A stretch of DNA of 64,000 bases, taken from NCBI GenBank assembly GCA_977017645.1, contig OZ360224.1, forward strand, positions 86,676,001 to 86,740,000, written 5' to 3'. The stretch's first letter is position 1, and each line of letters starts with the position of its first letter. The notes beneath the pieces are model-generated. The model did no database searches and was not told the origin of the DNA. It saw nothing but the letters and a program-made list of their open reading frames with translations. Shown piece by piece: positions 1-10,352 of the stretch. The stretch is from Torpedo marmorata. Taxonomy: Eukaryota. Position numbers and translations under genes: made by a program.

Positions 1-61
1 TGGCAGCAGTTGCAGCGAATAGTGAGGCATGTTTTTTAAACTGTGAGGAGGGATGGTGTAA

Positions 62-575
62 AGGAATCAGAATGTATTGTCATGAACCTGTCACGAAATT
101 CGTTGTTTTGCAGCAGCATCACAGTGCAAACATTTATCTAAACCACCTTACAAAATAAATAAAAATAGTGCAATAAAAAGAAATTGACAAAGTCATGCAG
201 TGTCTGTGGTTCATTGTTCATTCAGAATCTGATGGCAGAGGGGAAAAAGCTGTCCTTGTGCCGCTGAATGCTCGTTTTCAGGCTCCTGTACATTTTACCC
301 AATGGTAGCAGAGTGAAGAGGGCATGGCCTGGGTGGTGATTGTTCCTTGGGATAGAGGCTGCTTTTATTTGACACCACCTCTTGTCGATGTCCTCAATCG
401 AGTGAAGACCGGTGCCCGTGATGTCGCAGGTCGAGTTAACAACCCTCTGGAGTTTTTTTCCTGTCCTGAGTGTTAGCACCTCCATACCAGACAGTGATGC
501 AACCAGCCAGAATGCTCGCCACGGTACACCTGTACAAGTTTTCGAGAGTCTTCGGTGACGTACCGATTCTCCTCA
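62..575 (-). mobile_element. Rex1/Babar-like LINE 3' fragment
   Basis: (TTCTGA)n-type tail and RT C-terminal remnants; same family as 56748-56975. Confidence 0.65.
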
Positions 576-684
576 AGCAGGAAGGAAGTCGTGCGGGAGG
601 TGTAAGAGGTGAAGTTGAAGTGAAAAAGAAGGCAGAGAAATGCCAGATGAACGTCGTTTGTGGGCAGAGTTACGCAGCAGTAGA

Positions 685-800
685 ATACACCAAAGTACTG
701 GGGAAACTCAGAAGGTAGCAGAAGCATCCATCGAAAGCAAAGGGTAACCAACGATTTGGGGCTGAGCCCTTTGTCAAGGTGTGCGCATGAAGCAGGCAGA
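685..800 (-). mobile_element. Degenerate Penelope pLTR fragment with hammerhead remnant
   Basis: gaaactcag...gcatccat...gggctgagccctttgtcaagg is the reverse complement of the pLTR/HHR tail. Confidence 0.65.
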
Positions 801-826
801 AGATAGCATTTGCAAGTGTCTTCAGT

Positions 827-1372
827 GCTGAGATCGTTGAGTTCTGGTCACCGAATTATAGGAAGGATATCAACAAAATAGAGAGAGTGCAGAGAAGATT
901 TACAAGAATGTTGCCTGGGTTTCAGCATCTGGAATACAAAGAAAGATTGAACAAATTAGGTCTTTATTCGTTGGAACGTAGAAGGCTGAGAGGAGATTTG
1001 ATAGAGGTATTTAAGATTATGAGGGGGATAGATAGAGTTGATGTGGATAGACTTTTTCCATTGAGAGTAGGAGAGATGGATACAAGAGGTCATGGGTTGA
1101 GGGTTGACGGGAAAAGGTTCAGGAGTAACATGAGGGGGAACTTCTTTACTCAGAGAGTGGTTGATGTGTGGAATGGGCTTCCGGGAGAGGTGGTGGAGGC
1201 AGGGTCAATTCTGTCATTTAAGGAAAAATTAAATAGGTATATGGATGGGAGGGGAATGGAGGGATATGGGAAGGGTGCTGGTAGGTGGGATTAGTGGAGG
1301 GTACTTGGATCGGTGCGGACTAGAAGGGCCGAACTGGCCTGTTTCTGTGCTGTAGTTGTTATATGGTTATAA
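827..1372 (+). mobile_element. CR1 LINE 3' end
   Basis: ORF 887..1294 has CR1 RT C-terminal motifs (LERRRLRGDLIEVFKI, FFTQRVV..WN.LP), followed by the typical 3' UTR. Confidence 0.88.
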
Positions 1373-1580
1373 CAACATTTAGGAGCAGAAGTAGGTCCAA
1401 GATGGCCCGAGTCTGCTCCGCGTTCTAAACATGAGCTGATCCATCCATCCACCCACTCCCCAGCACCCTTGAAAAGTAAACACGAAAATCTGTAGACACC
1501 GTAATAATGTAGTAAAAAACACAAAAGCTGGAGAACTCAGCAGGTCAAACAGTGTCTTTTATGTAGCAAAGGTAGAAATA

Positions 1581-1621
1581 CATAACCGACGTTTCGGGCT
1601 TGAGCCCTTCATCAAAGTATG
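1581..1621 (-). ncRNA. Minimal hammerhead ribozyme in inverted pLTR
   Basis: Exact reverse complement of 4713-4753. Confidence 0.75.
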
Positions 1622-2145
1622 AGAAAATGCCGGCAGGCGTCCGAACAAAGGAGTGAGGGGGGAAGGGAGGTGGCAAAGGCAGGAGATGATAGGTGGAGAA
1701 AGGAGGGAGGGGACAGCAGCAAAGAGGGGGAGGAGGGATGGCTGGGTGGGTGGAAAAAAACAGGTGAGGGGGGAGGGGGGAGAGAGAACAACAAACAGGT
1801 TAGTGGAAAGCAGAAAAGTCAATGTTAATGCCATCTGGCTGGAGAGTGCCGAGACGGAATATGAGATGTTGTTCCTCCAATTTGCGGGTAGTCTGGGTGG
1901 GATAGTACATGAGGCCATGGACAGACATGTGAGCGTGGGAGTGTGACCCAGAATTGAAATGGTTGGCTACTGGGAGGTCGCTGCTGCGGCGGACGGAGAG
2001 GAGGTGCTCAGCAAAGCGGTCTCCCAAGCTCCGACCGGTCTCTCCAATGTAGAGAAAGCCACAAAGGGAGCACCGGATGCAGTAGATAAGTCCTTTGGAT
2101 GTACAAGTGAAGTGTAGTTTCACTTGGAAGGCCTGTTTGGGGCCA

Positions 2146-4536
2146 GACCTCATCCCTTCCCGTCCCTCCATCCCCCCCCTCTCTCTGGCTACCCTCCCCA
2201 CCCCCCTCTCCCACCCTCCTACCTCCCCTACCCCCCACCTCCCCCCTCCGACTCCCTCCAACCTCCCCCACCCTCCACCTCCCCCCTCTGACCCCCCCAA
2301 CCCTCCCCCTCCCCCTAACACCCTCCACGACACCGATCCCCACTCTAACCCCTGCTTGGTTTTTACCATCCCCTCCGACCTTCCCCTCTCTGAGACGGAG
2401 CGCTCCGTCCTCAGTAGAGGCCTCACCTTCGTCCCCCTCCGCCCACACCTCAACGAGTTCCGCACACGCCATGATGCTGAACTCTTCTTCCATCGCCTCC
2501 GCCTCCGTGCTCACTTCCATGACCGTGATTCTCCACCCCCCACCCTAGACCCTTTCTCCCGCTTCAAGCCTTCTTCCTCTTCCTGGACACCCCGCCCGGG
2601 CCAGCTGCCCGCTCTGGACCTTTTTATTTCCAACTGCCGCCGAGACATCAACCGTCTCAACTTCACCACCCCCCTCTCGTATTCCAACCTCACTTCCTCA
2701 GAACGCTCTGCCCTCCACTCTCTCCGCAACAATCCCAACCTCACCATCAAACCCGCAGACAAGGGCGGTGCGGTTGTGGTCTGGCGCACTGACCTCTACC
2801 TTGCCGAGGCCAGTCGACAACTCTCAGACACCTCCTCCTACCTACCCCTCTCACAGGACCCCACCACAACACATCAAGCCACTGTCTCCAACACCATCTC
2901 CGACCTCATCACCTACGGTCACCTCCCCTCCACGGCCACCAACCTCATTCTCCCCCACCCCCGCACTGCCCGTTTCTACCTACTACCCAAGATACACAAA
3001 CCCAACCATCCGGGCAGACCCATTGTTTCTGCCTGCTCCTGCCCCACCGAACTAGTTTCATCTTACCTTGACTCCATCTTTTCTCCCCTGGTCCAATCCC
3101 TCCCCACCTACATCCGCGACACCTCACATGCCCTCCATCTCCTCAATGACTTCAGATTCCCTGAACCGGACCGCATCATCTTCACCATGGATGTCCAATC
3201 CCTTTATACCTCTATCCCCCACACAGAAGGTCTGAAAGCACTTCGCTTCTTCCTGGACCAAAGACCCGACCAGTCACCCTCTACTACCACCCTCCTCCGC
3301 CTGGCAGAACTTGTCCTCACTCTCAATAACTTCTCCTTCAACTCATCCCACTTCCTCCAAATCAAAGGAGTAGCCATGGGTACCCGCATGGGTCCCAGCT
3401 ACGCCTGCCTGTTTGTGGGCTTTGTGGAGCAATCCATGCTGCAAGCCTACACAGGCAAGACCCCTCATCTCTTCCTCCGGTATATCGACGACTACATCGG
3501 GGCTGCCTCATGCACCCACGATGAGCTTGTCAACTTCATCCACTTCGCATCCAACTTTCACCACGATCTCAAACTCACCTGGTCCATCTCCGATAACACT
3601 CTCCCCTTCCTGGATCTCGCTGTCTCCATCTCGGGAGACAAGCTTTCCACCGACATTTACTACAAACCCTCCAACTCCCACAACTATCTGGACTACACAT
3701 CCTCACACCCTGTCCCCTGCAAGGACTCCATCCCCTTCTCTCAATTTCTCCGCCTCCGCCGCATCTGTTCCCAAGATGAGGTGTTCCACTCCAGATCTTC
3801 TGAAATGTCTGCCTTTTTCCACAAACGTGGCTTCCCTTCCACCACCATCAACTCAGCCCTCACCCGCATCTCCTCCATTTCCCGCTCATCTGCCCTGGCC
3901 CCCTCTGCCCCCAGACGCAATAAACATAGAGTACCCCTCATCCTCACCTACCACCCCACCAGCCTCCGCGTCCAACACATTATCCGCCGGAATTTCCGGC
4001 ACTTGCTGCAGGATCCCACCACCAGACACATTTTTCCTTCTCCTCCCCTCTCGGCCTTCCGCAGGGACCGCTCCCTCCGCGATTCACTCGTGCACTCGTC
4101 CCTCCCCACCCATCGCACCCCCGGCACCTTCCCCTGTGCCCGCAGTAGGTGCAACACCTGCGCCCACACCTCCCCCCTCACCACAGTCCAGGGCCCCAAA
4201 CAGGCCTTCCAAGTGAAACTACACTTCACTTGTACATCCAAAGGACTTATCTACTGCATCCGGTGCTCCCTTTGTGGCTTTCTCTACATTGGAGAGACCG
4301 GTCGGAGATTGGGAGACCGCTTTGCTGAGCACCTCCTCTCCGTCCGCCGCAGCAGCGACCTCCCAGTAGCCAACCATTTCAATTCTGGGTCACACTCCCA
4401 CGCTCACATGTCTGTCCATGGCCTCATGTACTATCCCACCCAGACTACCCGCAAATTGGAAGAACAACATCTCATATTCCGTCTCGGCACTCTCCAGCCA
4501 GATGGCATTAACATTGACTTTTCTGCTTTCCACTAA
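2146..4536 (+). CDS. Penelope RT plus GIY-YIG endonuclease ORF (open, 5'-truncated)
   Basis: ADKG, LPKIHK, GRPIVS, GVAMG, RYIDD and FLD motifs; Cys-rich linker CARSRCNTC; GLIY...YIGETG endonuclease. No ATG upstream of the RT core. Confidence 0.9.
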   Translation, partial: DLIPSRPSIPPLSLATLPTPLSHPPTSPTPHLPPPTPSNLPHPPPPPSDPPNPPPPPNTLHDTDPHSNPCLVFTIPSDLPLSETERSVLSRGLTFVPLRPHLNEFRTRHDAELFFHRLRLRAHFHDRDSPPPTLDPFSRFKPSSSSWTPRPGQLPALDLFISNCRRDINRLNFTTPLSYSNLTSSERSALHSLRNNPNLTIKPADKGGAVVVWRTDLYLAEASRQLSDTSSYLPLSQDPTTTHQATVSNTISDLITYGHLPSTATNLILPHPRTARFYLLPKIHKPNHPGRPIVSACSCPTELVSSYLDSIFSPLVQSLPTYIRDTSHALHLLNDFRFPEPDRIIFTMDVQSLYTSIPHTEGLKALRFFLDQRPDQSPSTTTLLRLAELVLTLNNFSFNSSHFLQIKGVAMGTRMGPSYACLFVGFVEQSMLQAYTGKTPHLFLRYIDDYIGAASCTHDELVNFIHFASNFHHDLKLTWSISDNTLPFLDLAVSISGDKLSTDIYYKPSNSHNYLDYTSSHPVPCKDSIPFSQFLRLRRICSQDEVFHSRSSEMSAFFHKRGFPSTTINSALTRISSISRSSALAPSAPRRNKHRVPLILTYHPTSLRVQHIIRRNFRHLLQDPTTRHIFPSPPLSAFRRDRSLRDSLVHSSLPTHRTPGTFPCARSRCNTCAHTSPLTTVQGPKQAFQVKLHFTCTSKGLIYCIRCSLCGFLYIGETGRRLGDRFAEHLLSVRRSSDLPVANHFNSGSHSHAHMSVHGLMYYPTQTTRKLEEQHLIFRLGTLQPDGINIDFSAFH

Positions 4537-4712
4537 ACCTGCTTGTCGTTCCCTTCCCCTCCCCCCTCACCTGTTTTTCTCCACCTACCTAGCCATCCCT
4601 CCTCCCCCTCTTTGCTGCTGTCCCCTCCCACCTTTCTCCACCTATCATCTCCTGCCTTTGCCATCCCCCTTCCCCCCTCACTCCTTTGTTCGGACGCCTG
4701 CCGGCATTTTCT

Positions 4713-4753
4713 CATACTTTGATGAAGGGCTCAAGCCCGAAACGTCGGTTATG
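4713..4753 (+). ncRNA. Minimal type I hammerhead ribozyme (U3 variant) in Penelope pLTR
   Basis: CATACT-TTGATGA-A-GGGC(TCAA)GCCC-GAAA-CGTC-GGTTATG: core boxes, stem II, palindromic ACGT stem III and bulged stem I. Confidence 0.75.
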
Positions 4754-4984
4754 TATTTCTACCTTTGCTACATAAAAGACACTGTTTGACCTGCTGAGTT
4801 CTCCAGCTTTTGTGTTTTTTACCCCAGCACCCTTGATTCCCTGACTCATCAAATACCTGTCAATCTCTGCATTAAATACACCCAACGACCTCGCTTCCAC
4901 AGCTGGTAACCTTGTGCATAACTCCTGGACCCCTTCAGCTCAGTGATCTTCCGAGAGGGACCACATTCGCCATCAACCTCCAGA

Positions 4985-5440
4985 GGACGCACTTGGTCCG
5001 TTCCTTCACAGGAAGTGACGGTGGGGTGGGGTGGGGTGGGGGGGGGGGTTCTCCGTTCTCCCGACCGTTCCTGCTTGCACGTGCTGTCGGCTTTCTGTTG
5101 GAGTGCCGGTATGACGCACCTGGACCGGGTCACGTGAGTTTCCTTCTGCTCGCCGTTTCTCGGTGCGCTGTCTGCTGCTCGTGCATCAGTCTGACGTCAC
5201 GCTCCGTTCGTCGGCGTCAGGCCGGTGGACGCCGCCGCCTCCTCGTTCTCCCGGGCCGGCGTGGTGCTGTGACGCTGCTGGGTTCTGTGGCTGTCTGGAG
5301 CCCCGGGGAAATTGCATTCGGTTGGCCGGGCCCTTCATCCTCGAGTAGAAGGAGAATCGAGTTCAATTTGTGTGCAGTCATGGCGAGATGTAACAGAGAA
5401 GCGGGCTCTTCCACCCACCACGTCTTTGCAGCCACGCTTT
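4985..5440 (+). promoter_or_regulatory. CpG-island promoter region of RPF2
   Basis: CpG-rich. GGAAGTGACG (ETS/CRE half-site) at 5011-5020, G-tracts at 5020-5048, E-boxes CACGTG at 5078 and 5131, full CRE TGACGTCA at 5192-5199. Confidence 0.7.
5111..5133 (+). CDS. RPF2: RPF2 coding exon 1 (MTHLDRVT)
   Basis: ATG at 5111, then 23 nt followed by a GTGAGT donor inside a CpG-rich island. Resembles the vertebrate RPF2 N-terminus (MDTLDRVV) and joins exon 2 in phase. Confidence 0.9.
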
Positions 5441-6740
5441 AGGTCTGTTCTGTCCCATACCTACTTTTCTGGCTGCATACAAAGTTTTCTAAACAGTGGT
5501 TTTATCTTTATTAACCTTTTCAGGTATTGACTTCTATGCTTTCTCCTGTTGTAATTTAATTTATATTATTGAAGTTGGTGTTCCTTCCATCCCCGTATGG
5601 CTCCATCAAATCTGAATTATAGTGTATGTACATTGTAGTTGTATATATTGACAATAAACATTCAGATGTTAATGACTAAAAAAATCCTTCTGATCACCTT
5701 TAAATTTCTATCCTCTTTCCTTCAACCTATGTTTTTTGATATTTTGATGGCAAAAATATTCTGTGTAACTACTTTGTCAAATTCTCTTGTAATTTTGTAT
5801 TCCTTGATCAGCCTCTTTTGCTCCAGTGAATTTAATGAGGCAGGATTTCCCTTACTAGCTGTCTCTGAAGGTACATAAATCTTTTCCCTTAGGATTTTCT
5901 TCAAGAATTTCTGTTCCATCGGGCACACCAGCCTGTCGTTTCCTCACGACCCTTTTGCTCTTAAATAAAGGAATAACATTGGATATGCTCCAGTCTGCTG
6001 ACACCTTGCCCATGGCTAACAGATACCATTTTTACACAGAGGTAACGGGATTTTCCCGTCACCAATATGCATACTTACCCTCCGGAGTGGCCATTCACAC
6101 AGGATGGAGGTTTACACTGACCTCTGGCGTGTTGGTGATTCCGGAGGGTGGACGTGGGTCGACGGCGACTGAGGAGGGAACAAGAAGGTGGGTTGAGGGA
6201 GCGGGAGGCACGGCAGATTGAAACCCCTGGAGAGATGGCCGGAGAGGTTGGAGGGGGCAGAGGCAGGAAGAGGGAGACTGTCATCAGGTACGTCGTATTT
6301 TTGCGGACTGCCTGCAGTTGAGTTCAGACTGCAGGCAGTCCGCAAATATTACTAGGGCTGCCGCAGGAAAAATGTCGGGGCGGAAATCACTTTGTAATTT
6401 CCGTCACGACATTTTTACACAGCCAGCAGAATGTGAAATTTCCATTATGCTGGGGCTGAGGGTCTGAAGTTGTCTCCTTCCTTGCTACCGTAACAATCTG
6501 GGATAGGTCATAACAGGCCCTGGGGATTTATCAAACCTTGTGCATTCCCTCACATCTTTTCATACTGATCCTCTCCAAATTATCCACAAATTCCTCCCTG
6601 AACTCACCATCTTCCACATTCTTCTCCTTGGTGAATACAGGTGAGAAGTATTCATTTTGGACCTTGCCTGCATTTCCTGGTTCTTTGTGCAGATTTGGTC
6701 CCTAAGGCATCCCCTGGCTACTCTCTTCCTTCTTGTAAAC

Positions 6741-7522
6741 TTCAAGATTCTTTTATTGTCATCGAACAAAACAGAAAATGTAATATTACACAAAATCTCC
6801 TTTAGTCTACCATAAAGCAGACAAAGATTCACCATCAGCAGAAATTGCACGGCACCCATTAGTCAGAGAAAGAGAAGCAAAAGAGAGTCCCCCCAGAGTC
6901 ACTGAGTGTCCATGGATTCGCCTCCAGCTCTCCTGCAGCCACACCATCTTCAGTCCAAACCACCAGCAACCTGAGCTCCAGATCCAAACCTCTCACACGA
7001 TCAGGAAGGTCTCTGCACCTTCTCGCATCTTGGTTCCGATACCTGGTATCCCTTCAGCCAGTCTCCAGCAGTCCGCAGCCTGGTGCGAGTCCCTTCACCA
7101 CAGTCGCCCGAAGCCTGTGTGGGTTCCTCGCCTCGAGAAACCAACAGCCCGCTGCCTGTGTGTTCTTCAGCCTCAGAACACCTCACTGGTCCACCGCCAT
7201 GGTCATCATCCCGTGGGTCATCTCCTCTGCTTCTCCTCAAACGGGGGGTGGTCTTCCCGTTTTCTGATGCCCTCTGCCAGTCCTCTGCTTTCCCGGAGTC
7301 TGCAACCCCTTGAGGCTGCTGAACATCGGCACCGCCATCCTGGGCCCAGACCATGCGGTCGCAGGATTTTAAAATAAAACACTGTCGGCTCCTTTAACGA
7401 GCCGTTTAAATCCTGTATGGAGCAGTTGGACACCGCGAGGGAGCGCTGTGTCACCACTCCCCGCGGGTCCGCACCAGTGGCAGCGCTGCCGTTACAGTAG
7501 CTCCGGCAGCACCGCCATTTTT
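6741..7522 (-). mobile_element. ~800-bp CpG-rich non-autonomous retroposon (Rex/Babar-type tail), diverged subfamily
   Basis: Homologous to 40493-41329; GACAATAAA/TCTTGAA tail; 5' AAAATGGCGG start. Confidence 0.75.
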
Positions 7523-7588
7523 CATTCATTAAGGAATGTCTTGGTGTTCTCTTTAATCCTACTTGTCGAGGATATTATGTCTTTCTAA

Positions 7589-8439
7589 TGTTATGGACCA
7601 TGACTGACCATTTGGACTGCGGACGGTCAGCAGGAAGGATGGAGTCTTTTGGAGTACACACTGGGGCCAGGTACTGAAGGAGTTAACTTGCCCAGGACTT
7701 GGTGTACCCAGAGAGAGAGAGAGACAGGCTGTGGAAAAGATACTTTGTTGCGCTTTTGCAAAAGCAGGTGCAAACCTCTGCAAAAAGCATTCCGTTTTGG
7801 TTGCAAAGGCGAGAGAACACAGCAAAATCCAGGCTTGTGCATCCCAGGGAAAAAGGCTAGGAGAATAGCACATAGCCTCCTGTCTCAGAAAAATCCTGAG
7901 TTAAAGCAACTTTTGTGGAGAACAGGCGTGTGATCAGCGAGACCAGCTGTGAGATCCAAGTACACGCCTCAATCAGTGGCATACTGATTTGGAGTCGCAA
8001 TCCTCGTGAATCTCTACCAAAAGGGAAAGTCATCAGAGAAGAAAAACAAGCCAAGTATTCGTAAGCATAAACAGTCATTGTCTCTCTCCAACGTTCATTG
8101 AGAAGTCCTCCTTGCCAGCACACAGAGCTGAATTTGGATCCTGAACATAGAGAGTGAATTTTTGTGGACTGTATTATTCTTTTTTCTGACTGACTTGTTT
8201 TTATGACTGACCTGGGGTTTTTGGGGAAAGTTTTTCCATTTTTACATGAGGGTTGGGCACAGACTGTAATGGTCTGGGCTTTACACACACACCTTTTAGA
8301 TAAGAATAGTGTTTATAGACGTTTATAGTGGGGTTAATTGTTGTGAAATTATCTGTTTAATTGTCTTTAATAAATATAAATTTCAATTTTACCCCTGTTG
8401 CATTGTGCCTTCTGTCGTTACTGGTTTGATTTTGTAACA
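7589..8439 (+). mobile_element. Solo LTR (~850 bp)
   Basis: TGTTA...TAACA termini, 4-bp TSD CTAA (7585-88 and 8440-43), AATAAA near the 3' end; interrupts a minus-strand CR1. Confidence 0.75.
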
Positions 8440-8834
8440 CTAATCTCTTGTTTTCTTCTACGCTATATTCCTCAAGACATTCCCTAGATTCCAGTTGCCT
8501 GTACATGCCATACGCCTCCTTTTCCCTGATCAGAACTTAAATATACTTCATCATCCTATCTTGTCATCTTTTCCTCGGAGGAACTTGCTGACCTGAATTT
8601 TTCCCAACTCTCTTAAAATACTCACGCTTCTTGTGCACGTACCACCTACTCCAGAAGTAATCCAAAATACATAAAGCCCTTCCTCTTACACCTGATAGCC
8701 AGGATTCATCTGTCATATCCTCCCATTTCTACCCTCATTGGCACAGGGACTAATCCTGAGATCCTAGATTTCCTGCTTTTTAACCTTCTGCTTAACTCCC
8801 TAAACTCACTTTGCAGAACTTCATCTCTCTTTCT

Positions 8835-9957
8835 CAAGTCAAGTCACCTTTATTTGTCGTTCATTACCGTATACACAGTAAGACGAGATAGCGTTTCTCC
8901 AGGACCATGGGCAGATGAACATAAATATCATAATACAATAGAAAAAACTATAGCCTGCTAATACACATATATATATATCTAGGAATTGAGGAGCCTGATG
9001 GCTTGGGGGAAAAAACTGTTGCACAGTCTGAACGTACGAGCCCGAGTGCTTCGGTACCTCCTTCCAGATTGCAAAGGGGAAAACAGTTTACCAAAGGGGT
9101 GTGAGAAGTCCTTCACAATGTTTTTAGCCTTCCTCATGCATCGTGTGTTGTAGATGTCTGTCATGGTGGGGAGAGAGACTCCAATAATTTTCTCCGCTGC
9201 CCTCACTATCCTCTGCAGGGTCTTTCGGTCCAAGGTGGTACAGTTACCAAACCAAGCGGTGATGCAATTGCTCAGAATACTCTCAATACATCCCCTGCAG
9301 AATGTAGTAAGGATAGGGGGTGGAAGATGAACTTTCCTCAGTCTTCGCAGGAAGTAAAGACGCTGCTGGGCTTTCTTGACTATGGAACTGGTGTTTAGGG
9401 ACCAGCTGAGACTCTCCGCCAAGTGCACTCCAAGAAACTTGCTACTCTTTACGACCTCAACGGTAGAGCCGTCCATGGTCAAAGGAGAATGATTCCCCCG
9501 GGCCCTTCTGAAGTCGACAACCAACTCTTTTGTTTACGTTCAGCTGCAGGTTGTTTTTTCCGCACCATTCCATTAGCGACTGCACCTCATCTCTGTATGC
9601 TGACTCATCATTCTTACTGATAAGGCCCACCAAGTTTGTATCATCAGCGAACTTTATGATGTGATTCGAGCTGTGTTTTTCTGCACAGTCATGAGTCAGC
9701 AGGGTGAACAGCAATGGACTAAGCACACAGCCCTGGGGAGCCCCCGTGCTCAATGTAATGACCTTAGAAGTGCTGTTTCCAATCCGGACTGCCTGAGGTC
9801 TTCCCGTCAGGAAGTCTAGGATCCAATTGCAGAGGGTGTGGTTTTGGCCCAGCCCCCTCAACTTCCCTATCAGGTACTGAGGTATAATCGTGTTGAATGC
9901 CGAGCTGAAGTCAATAAACAGCATTTGAACATACGCGTCCTTATTTTCCAGGTGGGT
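8835..9957 (-). mobile_element. Rex1/Babar LINE, 5'-truncated
   Basis: ORFs 9457..9924 and 8979..9524 ([26 protein letters not shown]); (CTTGA)n tail. Confidence 0.88.
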
Positions 9958-10352
9958 GGAACGGGAACTTGTCTACCACGGGAACAAGAATAGTTGGCAA
10001 GCAAGTGGAGGGATTATGGGGAAGGTAGAGGTTGTATCAGGTAAAGATAGGACAGGCATGGCCAGGTCAATGAACACGGTGGGTGATGTTTATTTCTTGG
10101 CGAGGATTATTGCAAGTATGGCCGGTGATCTTCGCGCATGGATTAGTCCACAGAACTACAATGTAGTCGTTACAGAGACTTGGTTGAGAAAAGGGCAGCT
10201 CAAGGATTTGGATATTTGAGATGAGATAGAGATGTAAAATAGATGGAGGAATTGTTGATCAGAGAGGACATCCTGGAGGGCTTAACAAGTGAGCCAGTAC
10301 GTATAGAGCTCAGGAATAAGAAAGGTGTAATCACAATAATGGGGTTATACTA

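Larger units (their letters stand above)
1473..4821 (+). mobile_element. Penelope-like element (Neptune-type), 5'-truncated, with inverted 5' pseudo-LTR
   Basis: 1513-2144 is the reverse complement of 4192-4821. 15-bp TSD CCCCAGCACCCTTGA at 1458-1472 and 4822-4836, within an older minus-strand CR1 fragment. Confidence 0.93.

Noticed and set aside
2095-2145. N-terminus (MDVQVKCSF...) of the 813-aa ORF
   Set aside because: It starts at TTG and is antisense sequence from the inverted pLTR, so it is not a real start.
5460-5930. AT-rich minus-strand ORF remnant 5722..5928
   Set aside because: Might be an old integrase fragment, but there is no diagnostic motif.
6028-6430. TTTTTACACAG repeats suggesting a Harbinger-like MITE
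   Set aside because: No clear TIR pair or TSD could be defined.
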